In this document: piece after piece, positions 18,038-27,047 of the stretch | Layout: the number at the start of each line of letters is the position of its first letter | Position numbering within the stretch: the stretch's first letter is position 1 | Origin: Elusimicrobiota bacterium | Lineage (GTDB): Bacteria; Elusimicrobiota; Elusimicrobia; UBA1565; UBA9628 | Reading direction: 5' to 3' | DNA: 64,000 nucleotides | Assembly: GCA_026388095.1 (NCBI GenBank) | Contig: JAPLKL010000044.1 | Location: 3,993-67,992, forward strand | Program-made: the position numbers and the translations under genes | The notes under the pieces: model-generated | What the model was told of the DNA's origin: nothing | Databases searched by the model: none | Seen by the model: only the letters and a program-made list of their open reading frames with translations

Positions 18038-18269
18038 CAGGCTGCTGATAAACCCTCCAGCGGAAAGGACGGTGTCCGGACACAGTCCTTTCGGTAGCGG
18101 GCAACAGTCCGTCCCCGAATTGGCGAGCCGAAGGCTCGCCAGTCGCGCCGAAGGCGCCATCCTTCGTGCAACCTATCGGCTGGGTTCTGCCGCCCCGCTT
18201 CGCGGGTCGGTTGCGCCCGGCAGACGGCCGCCGGGCGCTCGCAGAACGGACTTTATCAGCAGCCTGCTA
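18035..18269. mobile_element. MITE-like 235-bp structured intergenic element bounded by 18-bp perfect terminal inverted repeats.
   Basis: TAGCAGGCTGCTGATAAA at 18035-18052 and TTTATCAGCAGCCTGCTA at 18252-18269. Each TIR contains the stop codon (TAG) of a convergent gene, so both genes end TAG+CAGGCTGCTGATAAA. The interior is packed with hairpins (GGAAAGGACGGTGTCC/GGACACAGTCCTTTCGG; GGCGAGC-CGAAG-GCTCGCC; GCGCC-GAA-GGCGC). Confidence 0.5.
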
Positions 18270-18776
18270 GCCCTTGAAGACGATGAATTTGCGCGCGGCG
18301 AAGTTGATGGCCAGGGACGCGGCGGCGTTGGCGGCGTAGGCGTACGTGGTGGGCAAGCCGGTCCATTGGATCAGGGCCCAGCCCAGGGCGGTCCCGATGG
18401 CGAAGCTGGCCGCGGAGACCGCGTAGAAGAGCGCGAACTCCATGGCCTTGCTGTGCCGGCCTCTGGTGAAGACCCACAGGACGTTGGCGACATAGGCCGT
18501 CAGGTTGGAGAACATGAAGGCGATGACCTTGTCCCAGACGTAATGGGCCGAGCGGACGCCCTCAGGGATGGCCGCCGTGTGCAGGCCGAGCAGGCGCGCG
18601 GCGGGGTCGCCGGGATTGAGGGCGGGCAGAAGCAGGACGGCGGCGAGGTAGAAGACCAGGACGTCCACCGCGGTGGCGAGGACGCCGCAAACGGCGTATT
18701 TGGCGAACTGGACCAGCGGGTGAGCATCCCGCCGGAGGCATTGCTCCCAAAGGCGCCGCGCGTATCGCCCCATCAT
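18267..18776 (-). CDS. GtrA-family membrane protein (polysaccharide synthesis/translocation).
   Basis: 169 aa, 4 TM. YAVCGVLATAVDVLVFY...AARKFIVFKG is typical GtrA-like. Confidence 0.7.
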   Translation of the reverse strand: MMGRYARRLWEQCLRRDAHPLVQFAKYAVCGVLATAVDVLVFYLAAVLLLPALNPGDPAARLLGLHTAAIPEGVRSAHYVWDKVIAFMFSNLTAYVANVLWVFTRGRHSKAMEFALFYAVSAASFAIGTALGWALIQWTGLPTTYAYAANAAASLAINFAARKFIVFKG

Positions 18777-18844
18777 AGGGGGGATGATACCAAATCGACG
18801 AGTAATCCCTTGATGCCGGGGGTACTCCCAGGCTTCCGGACCGC

Positions 18845-19576
18845 TCAGAGGTTGATGTCGACCTGCAGGGTGAAGGTGTTCTTGCCGGCCACGGCGCGGT
18901 TGTTGTAGATGTCGTAGCCGAGGATCACGCTGGTCTTCTCGGAAAAGGCCCAGGAGAAGCCCAGGTTGGTGGCGCCCGCCAGCGACTGCCCGCCCTGATA
19001 GTCCACGGCGAGCCAGAGCTTGTCCGATATCTCCTTCATGGTCCGGTCCCAGGAGAGCAGGACCCCGTTGTTGGCCACATGCCCCTGCTCATCGCGCAGA
19101 ACGGCGCCGTTGCCGCCGTAGTAGCCGGCGGAGAGACGGCCCACCTTCGGCAGGGTCCCGGCGGCCAGGCCGTAGACGATGTCCTGGTTGGTGAACCCGT
19201 TCTTGGTCCCGATGTTGTAGCCGCCGATCGCCAGGGCGGGGGACCACTCGGCCAGGGAGTTCTCCGGCGTGCCCAACTTCCCGTGGAAATAGAGGGGGTT
19301 GTTGTCGAGGACCTTGTCGCCCTGATACATCAGGTCGAATCCGGTCTCGGCCTGTATCTGTTTTGTGGGCAATATACCGATGGTGGGGCCGATCATGGAG
19401 ACCGGGCCCTTCCTGGTCCCGGTGTTCTCGTCCTGGCTGCGCAGGTAGGCGTCGATGTTGAGGTGCAGGACCTTGTAGGGCTGGATATCCGTGGAAGGGA
19501 TCCAGATCTGCGTCGAGGGCGTGGCTCCCGCCGCGGCGGGAAAGCCCAGGGCCAACAGCGCGATGAAGATCTTCAT
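18845..19576 (-). CDS. Outer-membrane beta-barrel porin, co-transcribed downstream of amt.
   Basis: MKIFIALLALGFPAAAGA signal peptide (AGGA RBS 8 nt upstream). Ends ...FTLQVDINL. About 80% identical to the paralogue at 24007-24738. Confidence 0.7.
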   Translation of the reverse strand: MKIFIALLALGFPAAAGATPSTQIWIPSTDIQPYKVLHLNIDAYLRSQDENTGTRKGPVSMIGPTIGILPTKQIQAETGFDLMYQGDKVLDNNPLYFHGKLGTPENSLAEWSPALAIGGYNIGTKNGFTNQDIVYGLAAGTLPKVGRLSAGYYGGNGAVLRDEQGHVANNGVLLSWDRTMKEISDKLWLAVDYQGGQSLAGATNLGFSWAFSEKTSVILGYDIYNNRAVAGKNTFTLQVDINL

Positions 19577-19655
19577 GGCGTTCATCCTATCAGTTCGCGA
19601 GGGACCGACGGGGCCCAGACAGGCGGCGTAGCCTGTCTGGGCCGTTGCGCGGACG

Positions 19656-20870
19656 TCAGGTCTGCAGGTAAGCCGTCTCTCCATGCACGCTCTCGTCGAG
19701 GCCCATTTCCTGTTCCTCAGCCGAGGTGCGTACCGGGGTGATCATGTTGATGAGGAACAGCATGACGTAGGTGAAGATGAAGGCGTAGATGGCGGCGCCC
19801 ACCACGGCGATGCCTTCCTTCAGGAAGAAGTTCACGTTGCCGTGGATGAGGCCGTCGGCGCCGTTGGGGTTGACGAACTTGGTGGCGAATATCCCCAGGC
19901 AGAACACTCCCAGAACCCCGCCCACGCCGTGCACGCCCCAGACGTCGAGCGCGTCGTCCCAGTTCATCTTGTTCTTGATGTTGACCGCGATGTAGCAGAC
20001 CACGCTGGAGGCGATGCCGATGAGGACCGCGCTCTTGACCGTGACGTAGCCGGCCGCGGGCGTGATGGTGGCCAGCCCCGCGATGGAGCCGGTCAGCAGC
20101 CCCACGAACTTGGGCTTCTTCTCGATGACCCAGGCCAGGATGAGCCAGGTGGTGGCCGCGAAGGAGGCGGCCACGTCGGTGTTGACGAAGGCCTGCGCGG
20201 TCACGGCGTCGACCTTGAGCTCGCTGCCCGCGTTGAAGCCGTACCAGCCGAACCACAAGAGGCCCGTGCCCAGGGCGACCAGCGGGATGCTGTGCGCGGC
20301 GGCGTCCGAGACCTTGCGCTTGCCCACGAAGAAGACCGAGGCCAGCGCCGCCATGCCGGCGGAGGCGTGGACCACGATGCCGCCCGCGAAGTCGAGCACG
20401 CCGTGCTTGGCCAGCAGGCCGTTGCCCCAGACCATGTGCGCCAGCGGGAAGTACACGAACAGCAGCCAGGCCACCAGGAAGATCAGGTAGGCCTTGAAGT
20501 TGACCCGGTTCGTGAAGGCCCCGGTGATGAGCGCCGGGGTGATCTGGGCGAACATCATCTGGTAGGCGAAGAACACGAACACCGGGATGCTGCTCACGCC
20601 GGAGAAGGCCTGGTTGAGGCTCATGCCGCGCATGAAGGCGTTGTCGAGGTTGCCGATGATGGCTCCTTCCCCGCCGCTGAAGCAGAGGGAATAGCCGCAG
20701 ACGTACCAGAGCACGGTGGTGACGCCCATGGAGACGAAGCTCTGGATCATGATGGCCAGGACGTTCTTGCGGCCGACGAGTCCGCCGTAGAAGAACGCCA
20801 GGCCGGGAGTCATGAGCATGACCAGGCTGGTGGCCACGAGCATGAATCCGGTATTGCCGGTGTCGAACAT
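19656..20870 (-). CDS. amt: Ammonium transporter (Amt/MEP family).
   Basis: 404 aa with Amt signatures (DFAGGIVVHASAGMAALA, GWYGFNAGS, VWGVHGVGGVLG). Confidence 0.9.
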   Translation of the reverse strand: MFDTGNTGFMLVATSLVMLMTPGLAFFYGGLVGRKNVLAIMIQSFVSMGVTTVLWYVCGYSLCFSGGEGAIIGNLDNAFMRGMSLNQAFSGVSSIPVFVFFAYQMMFAQITPALITGAFTNRVNFKAYLIFLVAWLLFVYFPLAHMVWGNGLLAKHGVLDFAGGIVVHASAGMAALASVFFVGKRKVSDAAAHSIPLVALGTGLLWFGWYGFNAGSELKVDAVTAQAFVNTDVAASFAATTWLILAWVIEKKPKFVGLLTGSIAGLATITPAAGYVTVKSAVLIGIASSVVCYIAVNIKNKMNWDDALDVWGVHGVGGVLGVFCLGIFATKFVNPNGADGLIHGNVNFFLKEGIAVVGAAIYAFIFTYVMLFLINMITPVRTSAEEQEMGLDESVHGETAYLQT

Positions 20871-21031
20871 GTTCTCTCTCCTTCCTTATTGAAATGACGG
20901 CCCTAGGGCCGGGAAGGCCCCCATGCCAGGAAACACTAGCTAACTGGGCGCGGGCGCCGAATCAGGGTTTTCCTGAGAACGGCCCGCCAAATCCCTGAGA
21001 CGGCGCATGTGTTATAATCACGAAGACCAGC

Positions 21032-22153
21032 ATGCAGACATCCCCCAAGGCCGTGGGCGGCCCCGCGCGCGGTCTCGAGCAGCGCCAGCAGAGGCGCATC
21101 CGGATACTCCACCTGTTCCAGGAGAGGGTCAAGGAACTGGCCGCGACCATGCTCCAGGATGACGCGCAGGACATCGCCGCGCTCCTGCGCGAGGTGGTCG
21201 CCATGCTGCCTTCGGCTTGGCAGTACCCGGCGTCGGCCTCGGCCCGGATCCGGCTGGACCAGCAGGAGTTCCGCGCCCCGGATTTCGAGGCCACCCCATG
21301 GCGGCAGAGCGCGGCCTTCGTCACGAGCGACGGACGCCGAGGCCTCATCGAGGTGGTCTATCTCAAGGAGTTCCCCCAGGCGGCCGAGGGCCCCTTCTTG
21401 GCCGAGGAAAGGAAGCTCATCGATTTCCTGGCCGAGATGTTCCGCGGCTTCATGGATAGGAAGATCGCCCGGCAGGCTCTGGTGGCTTCCCGCGACTCCT
21501 ACCAGGAGCAGCTCCGTTGTCTGGCCGCGCAGCTTTCGCTGACCGAGGAGCGGGAACGCCGCGCCCTCGCGGCCGACCTGCACGACCACATCGGCCAGAC
21601 TCTGGCCGCGGCCCGGCTCAAGCTGAGCGCCCTGGCCGGGACTCGCGAGACCGAGGCGGTCCGGGCCCTGTTGGATGAGGCCATCCAGTACACCCGCTCG
21701 CTGACCTTCGAGCTGAGCTCCCCGGTCCTTTACGAGTTGGGCTTGGCGCCCGCCCTGGAGCAACTGGCCGAGCGGATGCAGGAGAAGCACGGCCTCGGCA
21801 TCGAGGTCCATGATGACGGGGCCGCCAAGCCCATGGACGACGAGGTCCGGGTCGTGCTGTTCAAGGCGGTGCGGGAGCTGCTCATGAACGTGGTCAAGCA
21901 CGCCCGCGCCGGCCGGGCCACGGTCGCCCTGCGCAAGGTCGACCGGGCCGTCGAGATCTCCGTGGCGGACGACGGGGTGGGCTGCTCCGCCGAACAGGCC
22001 GCGGCTTCGGCCGGGTCGGGGGGCTTCGGGCTTTTCAGCATCCGGGAAGGGCTGCGCCACTGCGGCGGAGAGTTCGCGATCCGGCCCCGGGCAGGGCGGG
22101 GGACCGAAGCCACTCTCAGGGCTCCGCTCCGGGCCGCGGACCGGGGGCATTGA
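21032..22153 (+). CDS. Cytoplasmic sensor histidine kinase, HisKA_3/NarL-partner type, with N-terminal sensory (GAF/PAS-like) domain.
   Basis: No TM segments. ERERRALAADLHDHIGQTL is the HisKA_3 H-box. HATPase_c (LLMNVVKHARA...GGFGLFSIRE). Confidence 0.8.
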   Translation: MQTSPKAVGGPARGLEQRQQRRIRILHLFQERVKELAATMLQDDAQDIAALLREVVAMLPSAWQYPASASARIRLDQQEFRAPDFEATPWRQSAAFVTSDGRRGLIEVVYLKEFPQAAEGPFLAEERKLIDFLAEMFRGFMDRKIARQALVASRDSYQEQLRCLAAQLSLTEERERRALAADLHDHIGQTLAAARLKLSALAGTRETEAVRALLDEAIQYTRSLTFELSSPVLYELGLAPALEQLAERMQEKHGLGIEVHDDGAAKPMDDEVRVVLFKAVRELLMNVVKHARAGRATVALRKVDRAVEISVADDGVGCSAEQAAASAGSGGFGLFSIREGLRHCGGEFAIRPRAGRGTEATLRAPLRAADRGH

Positions 22154-22154
22154 C

Positions 22155-22802
22155 TTGGAGACGCGGCTGCTGCTCTGCGACGACCATAAGCTCTTCCGGG
22201 AAGGCCTGAAGACCCTGCTGGAGAAGAGGCCGGGCCTGCGGGTCGTCGCCGAGGCGGCCGACGGCCCGGGCGCGGTGGCCGCCAGCCTGGAGTCCCGTCC
22301 GGACGTCGTCATCATGGACATCTCCATGCCCAGGCTCAACGGCATCGAGGCGACCCGCAAGATCCTGGAACTGCGCCCGGATTGCCGGGTCATCGTCTTA
22401 TCCATGCACTCGGACCGCCGCTTCGTCAAGGAGGCCTTGAAGGCCGGCGCGTCGGCCTACCTGCTCAAGGACTCGGCTTGCGACGAGCTCTGCGCAGCGG
22501 TCGCCGCTGTAGCGGAAGGCAAGACTTACCTGAGTCCCGCCATCGCCCATATCGTGGTCGCGGAATGCGTGGGCCGCGGTTCCCGGGATGACGGGGCGGC
22601 GTTCTCCGTGCTCTCCGCCCGCGAGCGCGAGGTCCTGCAGCTCCTGGCCGAGGGCCGGTCGACCAAGCAGATCGCCCTGCACCTGCGCCTCAGCGTCAAG
22701 ACCGTCGAGACCCACCGCATGCAGACCATGCGGAAGCTCGACATCCACAGCATCGCCGGCCTGACCAAGTACGCGATCCAGGAGGGGCTCGTCTCGTTAT
22801 GA
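22155..22802 (+). CDS. NarL/LuxR-family response regulator.
   Basis: Receiver (LLLCDDHKLFREGL...VVIMDISMP) and C-terminal LuxR HTH (LSAREREVLQLLAEGRSTKQIALHLRLSVKTVETHR). TTG start. Confidence 0.85.
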   Translation: METRLLLCDDHKLFREGLKTLLEKRPGLRVVAEAADGPGAVAASLESRPDVVIMDISMPRLNGIEATRKILELRPDCRVIVLSMHSDRRFVKEALKAGASAYLLKDSACDELCAAVAAVAEGKTYLSPAIAHIVVAECVGRGSRDDGAAFSVLSAREREVLQLLAEGRSTKQIALHLRLSVKTVETHRMQTMRKLDIHSIAGLTKYAIQEGLVSL

Positions 22803-24010
22803 GCATCGCCCGGAAGGTGTTCTTCGTGGCCGCCAGCTTCGCCTTGCCCATCATCGTGCTGGCCTTCTTGGTGGTGCGCAGCATCAACGAGCACATCACC
22901 TTCGCGCGCTGCGAGCTGGCCGGGACCGCCTACCAGCGCCCCTTGGAGGCCCTGCTCTGGGACATCCAGGATCACCAACTGTCCGGGCAGGCCGCGGCCT
23001 TGACAGGCACCATCCGCCAGGAGCTGGCGGCCCTGCAGGCCGTGGACCGCCGCTACGGGGTCCTGCTGCAGTTCACGGGCGAGGGCCTGGCCAGGCGCGG
23101 CCGGCAGCTCGCCACCGCGGGCAATCTCCAGCGCGGCTGGGAGCGGCTGGAGGCTCTCAGCTCCCGGGGGAGGTCTCCCGAGCTCGACGCCCAGTACGAC
23201 AAGCTGACCGCCATCATCCAGACCATGATCACGCACGTGGGCGACATGTCCAACCTGATCCTGGACCCGGAGCTCGACACCTTCCATCTCATCACCGACA
23301 CGCTGGTGCTGCTGCCCAAGACGCAGGCGCGCCTGGCGCGGGCCACGGGTGCCGGGCGCCTGGATCATACGGACCGGATGGCTCTGGCCGTCCAGGCCTC
23401 CTTCCTGGAATCGGAGCGCGGACAGATCAAGTCCCATCTGGACACCGCACTCAGCGAGAATTCCAACGAGTTCCACGGCGCCTTGGACTCGTTCCAAAAG
23501 AACGTCCCGATCGCCTACGAGGAGTACGAGTCCGCGGTGAACCGGTTCATCGCCCTGGCCAAGCGGGCCGCCGACGGCGGCCGCCCGGTCGTGCCGGCGC
23601 AGGACTACGTCGCGGCCGGCCGGAGCGCGCGCGAGGCGAGCTTCCGCCTCTGGGACGCGGCCGTCCCCGAGTTGGACCGGCTGCTCCAGGCCCGCATCGA
23701 CTACTACACCAAGCGCAAGGTCGTGGCTTTGCTGCTCTCCGGCCTGGCCCTGCTGCTGGCCTGCCTGTTGGCTTACCGGATAGCGGCCAGCCTGATCCAT
23801 CCCCTCAACCGGATATCCCGCACGCTGACCCCGGGCGCCGACCTGCTCGACGGCAGCGTGCAGAAGCTGGCCGATTTCACCGATAAGGGGGCGCAGGACC
23901 TCACCTCGATGCGCATCACCTGCGACGAGCTCGACGCCCATGCCGAGAATATGCGCAAGACCGCGCGCGAGCTGGCCGCGGTCGTCTTCGGGGACCGCGG
24001 CCGCGCCTAG
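22799..24010 (+). CDS. Membrane-anchored periplasmic sensor-module protein with no output domain (TM, ~280-aa helical periplasmic domain, TM, short cytoplasmic tail).
   Basis: TM1 FFVAASFALPIIVLAFLVV and TM2 VVALLLSGLALLLACLLAYRIAA. Periplasmic part resembles MCP/HK ligand-binding four-helix/NIT-like modules. Start overlaps the RR stop. Confidence 0.6.
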   Translation: MSIARKVFFVAASFALPIIVLAFLVVRSINEHITFARCELAGTAYQRPLEALLWDIQDHQLSGQAAALTGTIRQELAALQAVDRRYGVLLQFTGEGLARRGRQLATAGNLQRGWERLEALSSRGRSPELDAQYDKLTAIIQTMITHVGDMSNLILDPELDTFHLITDTLVLLPKTQARLARATGAGRLDHTDRMALAVQASFLESERGQIKSHLDTALSENSNEFHGALDSFQKNVPIAYEEYESAVNRFIALAKRAADGGRPVVPAQDYVAAGRSAREASFRLWDAAVPELDRLLQARIDYYTKRKVVALLLSGLALLLACLLAYRIAASLIHPLNRISRTLTPGADLLDGSVQKLADFTDKGAQDLTSMRITCDELDAHAENMRKTARELAAVVFGDRGRA

Positions 24011-24738
24011 AGGTTGATGTCGACCTGCAGGGTGAAGGTGTTCTTGCCGGCCACGGCGCGGTCGTTCCAGATGTCGTAGGCGAAGAGCACGCTGGTCTTC
24101 TCGGAGAAGGCCCAGGAGAAGCCCAGGTTGGTCGCGCCCAGCAGATTCTGGCCGCCCTGGTACTCCACCGCGCACCAGAGCTTCTTGGAGATCTCGGCCA
24201 TGGCGCGGTCCCAGGAGACCAGGACGCCGTGGTTGGCCGTATGCCCCTGCTCGTCGCGCAGAACGGCGCCGTTGCCGCCGTAGTAGCCGGCGGAGAGACG
24301 GCCTACCTTCGGCAGGGTCCTGGCGGCCAGGCCGTAGACGACGTCCTGGTTGGTGAATCCGTTCTTGGTCCCGATGTTGTAGCCGCCGATGGCCAGGGCC
24401 GGCGACCATTCGTGCAACGACTTCTCCGGCGTGCCGACCTTGCCGTGAAAATAGAGCGGGTTGTTGTCGAGGGCCTTGTCGCCCTGGTACATCAGATCGA
24501 AGCCGGCCTCGGCCCGGATATCCTGGTAGGGCATGACTCCGATGGTCGGTCCGGTCATGTACATCGGCCCCTTGCGCGTCCCGTTGTTCTCGTCCTGGGT
24601 GCGCAGGAAGGCGTCGAAGTTGAGGTGCAGCACCTTGTAGGCCTGGATGTCCGTGGAAGGGATCAGGATCTGGCCTGAGGGCGTGGCCCGGGCCGGGGCG
24701 GCCAGGGCCAGGATCGACAGCGCGATGAAGGTTCTCAT
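24007..24738 (-). CDS. Outer-membrane beta-barrel porin, paralogue of 18845-19576.
   Basis: MRTFIALSILALAAPARA signal peptide. Long near-identical DNA stretches with the first copy (for example, a ~54-bp exact match at the 3' end). Confidence 0.7.
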   Translation of the reverse strand: MRTFIALSILALAAPARATPSGQILIPSTDIQAYKVLHLNFDAFLRTQDENNGTRKGPMYMTGPTIGVMPYQDIRAEAGFDLMYQGDKALDNNPLYFHGKVGTPEKSLHEWSPALAIGGYNIGTKNGFTNQDVVYGLAARTLPKVGRLSAGYYGGNGAVLRDEQGHTANHGVLVSWDRAMAEISKKLWCAVEYQGGQNLLGATNLGFSWAFSEKTSVLFAYDIWNDRAVAGKNTFTLQVDINL

Positions 24739-24872
24739 GGTCCTCCTGCCGTCCGGAAGTATATCAAACCAGCATCCGCCGCCGCGCCGGCATCTCGGCA
24801 CCCCGGTTCCAAATTGGTATCATAGCCGTAACGTCCCATGCGTCCCGTGCACATATCCCTGAAGGAGGAAAC

Positions 24873-27047
24873 ATGCCCCATCGCAGCCACGCCCCGGAGA
24901 GCCTCGCCCAGATGACCCCCCGCCGCGGATCCCAAACCCAGAAGGTTTCGGACTATTTCGGCTGCAACGTGTTCGGCCCGGAGACCATGCGCCTGCTCCT
25001 GCCCAAGGACACCTACCGGCGGCTGCGCGAGGCCGTGGACCTCGGCAAGCGCATCGAGCCGGAGGTCGCCAACGCCGTGGCCGCGGCCATGAAGACCTGG
25101 GCCCTCTCCAAGGGCGCCACCCACTACTGCCATTGGTTCCAGCCCATGACCGGCTACACCGCGGAGAAGCACGACAGCTTCGTGGAGCCCACGGGCGACG
25201 GGCGGGCCATAGAGAAGTTCTCCGGCCGCCACCTGGTGCAGGCCGAGCCCGACGCGTCCTCCTTCCCCTCGGGCGGCCTGCGCGTCACCTTCGAGGCCCG
25301 CGGCTACACGGCCTGGGACCCCACTTCCCCGGCCTTCATCATGGAGATGAAGGGCGGCGCCACCCTGTGCATCCCCACCATCTTCGTCTCCTACAACGGC
25401 CAGTCCTTGGACGACAAGACGCCGCTGCTGCGCTCCTGCGACGTCATCAGCAAGGCGGCCCTGGACATCCTCAAGCTGTTCAAGAGCGACGCGGCCAAGG
25501 TCCACGCGACCTTGGGCGCCGAGCAGGAGTACTTCCTGGTCGACCGTTCCTATTATGAGAGCCGGCCCGACCTGCTCATGGCCGGGCGCACCCTCGTGGG
25601 CGCGCCGTCGCCCAAGGGCCAGCAGCTCGAGGACCACTACTTCGGCAGCATCAAGGAGCGGGTCTTCGCCTTCATGAACGAGGCGGAGAGCGAGCTTTAT
25701 AAGCTGGGCGTGCCGGTCAAGACCCGGCACAACGAGGTGGCTCCCAACCAGTTCGAGAGCGCCCCGGTCTTCGAGGAAGTCAACGTGGCGGTGGACCACA
25801 ACCAGCTGGTCATGGACGTCCTGGACCGCATCGCCATCCGCCACGGCCTGGCCGTGCTCCTGCACGAGAAGCCCTTCGCGGGCATCAACGGCAGCGGCAA
25901 GCACTGCAACTGGTCCCTGGCGACCGACACGGGCAAGAACCTCCTGACCCCGGGCGACACGCCGAACGAGAACCTGCAGTTCGTGGTCTTCCTGGCCTGC
26001 ATCGTCAAGGCCGTGCACGACAACCCGCTGTTCCTGCGCGCCACCGTGGCCTCGGCCGGCAACGACCACCGCCTGGGCGCCAACGAGGCGCCGCCGGCCA
26101 TCATGTCGGTGTTTTTGGGCGGGCACCTGACCAAGGTCTTCGCGGACATCGAGAAAGGCGTGCACCCCAAGGGCCAGGACAAGGAGTGGATGTCCTTCGG
26201 CCTCTCCCGCATCCCGCCCATCCTGCGCGACAACACGGACCGCAACCGCACCTCGCCCTTCGCCTTCACCGGCGACAAGTTCGAGTTCCGGGCCGTGGGC
26301 TCGTCCTTCAACACCGCCCTGCCCATCACCATCCTGCACGCCATCGTGGCGGCGCAGCTGCGGCAGGCCAAGACAGACATCGAGGCCAAGCTCAAGAAGA
26401 AGCCCTTCAAGGACGCGGTCCTGGAGGTGCTGCGCGGCTACATCAAGCAGTCCAAGGCCATCTGCTTCGAGGGCAACAATTACTCCGCCGCCTGGGTGAA
26501 GGAAGCGGCCAAGCGCGGCTTGCCCAATGTGCAAACGACTCCTGACGCCCTGGAGGGTTTCAGCCGTCGGGAGAACGGGGCCCTGCTGGAGCGCCTGGGC
26601 ATCATGAGCGCGGAGGAGAGCCTCTCCCGCGAGCACGTCAAGCTCGAGAAGTACGCCAAGGACATCGAGATCGAGGCCCGGCTGCTCATGGAGATGGTGG
26701 AGACCCAGATCGTGCCGGCCGGCCTGCAGTACCAGAACCGGGTCGCTGAGGCGGTGCGCGGACTGCGCGAACTGCTGCCCTCCGAAGCGGCTCTGGATAC
26801 CCAGATCGGACTCCTGCGCAACGTCGCGGACCACATCGACCGCGCCAGCAAGGGCGTGACCGAACTGCGCCTGGCCGTGGCGCGGGCCGTGGATGAGGAG
26901 GACGGCGCACCCCGGGCGCGCTTCTACTGCCACAAGGTCAAGCCGCTCTTCACCCCCATCCGGGAGGCGGTGGATGGGCTCGAGGGCCTGGTGGACGCGG
27001 AACTCTGGCCCCTTCCCAAGTACCGGGAGATGCTCTTCCTCCTTTAG
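24873..27047 (+). CDS. glnN: Glutamine synthetase type III.
   Basis: 724 aa. Starts ...QKVSDYFGCNVFGPETMR... as in Bacteroides-type GS-III, with the catalytic region conserved. Confidence 0.85.
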   Translation: MPHRSHAPESLAQMTPRRGSQTQKVSDYFGCNVFGPETMRLLLPKDTYRRLREAVDLGKRIEPEVANAVAAAMKTWALSKGATHYCHWFQPMTGYTAEKHDSFVEPTGDGRAIEKFSGRHLVQAEPDASSFPSGGLRVTFEARGYTAWDPTSPAFIMEMKGGATLCIPTIFVSYNGQSLDDKTPLLRSCDVISKAALDILKLFKSDAAKVHATLGAEQEYFLVDRSYYESRPDLLMAGRTLVGAPSPKGQQLEDHYFGSIKERVFAFMNEAESELYKLGVPVKTRHNEVAPNQFESAPVFEEVNVAVDHNQLVMDVLDRIAIRHGLAVLLHEKPFAGINGSGKHCNWSLATDTGKNLLTPGDTPNENLQFVVFLACIVKAVHDNPLFLRATVASAGNDHRLGANEAPPAIMSVFLGGHLTKVFADIEKGVHPKGQDKEWMSFGLSRIPPILRDNTDRNRTSPFAFTGDKFEFRAVGSSFNTALPITILHAIVAAQLRQAKTDIEAKLKKKPFKDAVLEVLRGYIKQSKAICFEGNNYSAAWVKEAAKRGLPNVQTTPDALEGFSRRENGALLERLGIMSAEESLSREHVKLEKYAKDIEIEARLLMEMVETQIVPAGLQYQNRVAEAVRGLRELLPSEAALDTQIGLLRNVADHIDRASKGVTELRLAVARAVDEEDGAPRARFYCHKVKPLFTPIREAVDGLEGLVDAELWPLPKYREMLFLL

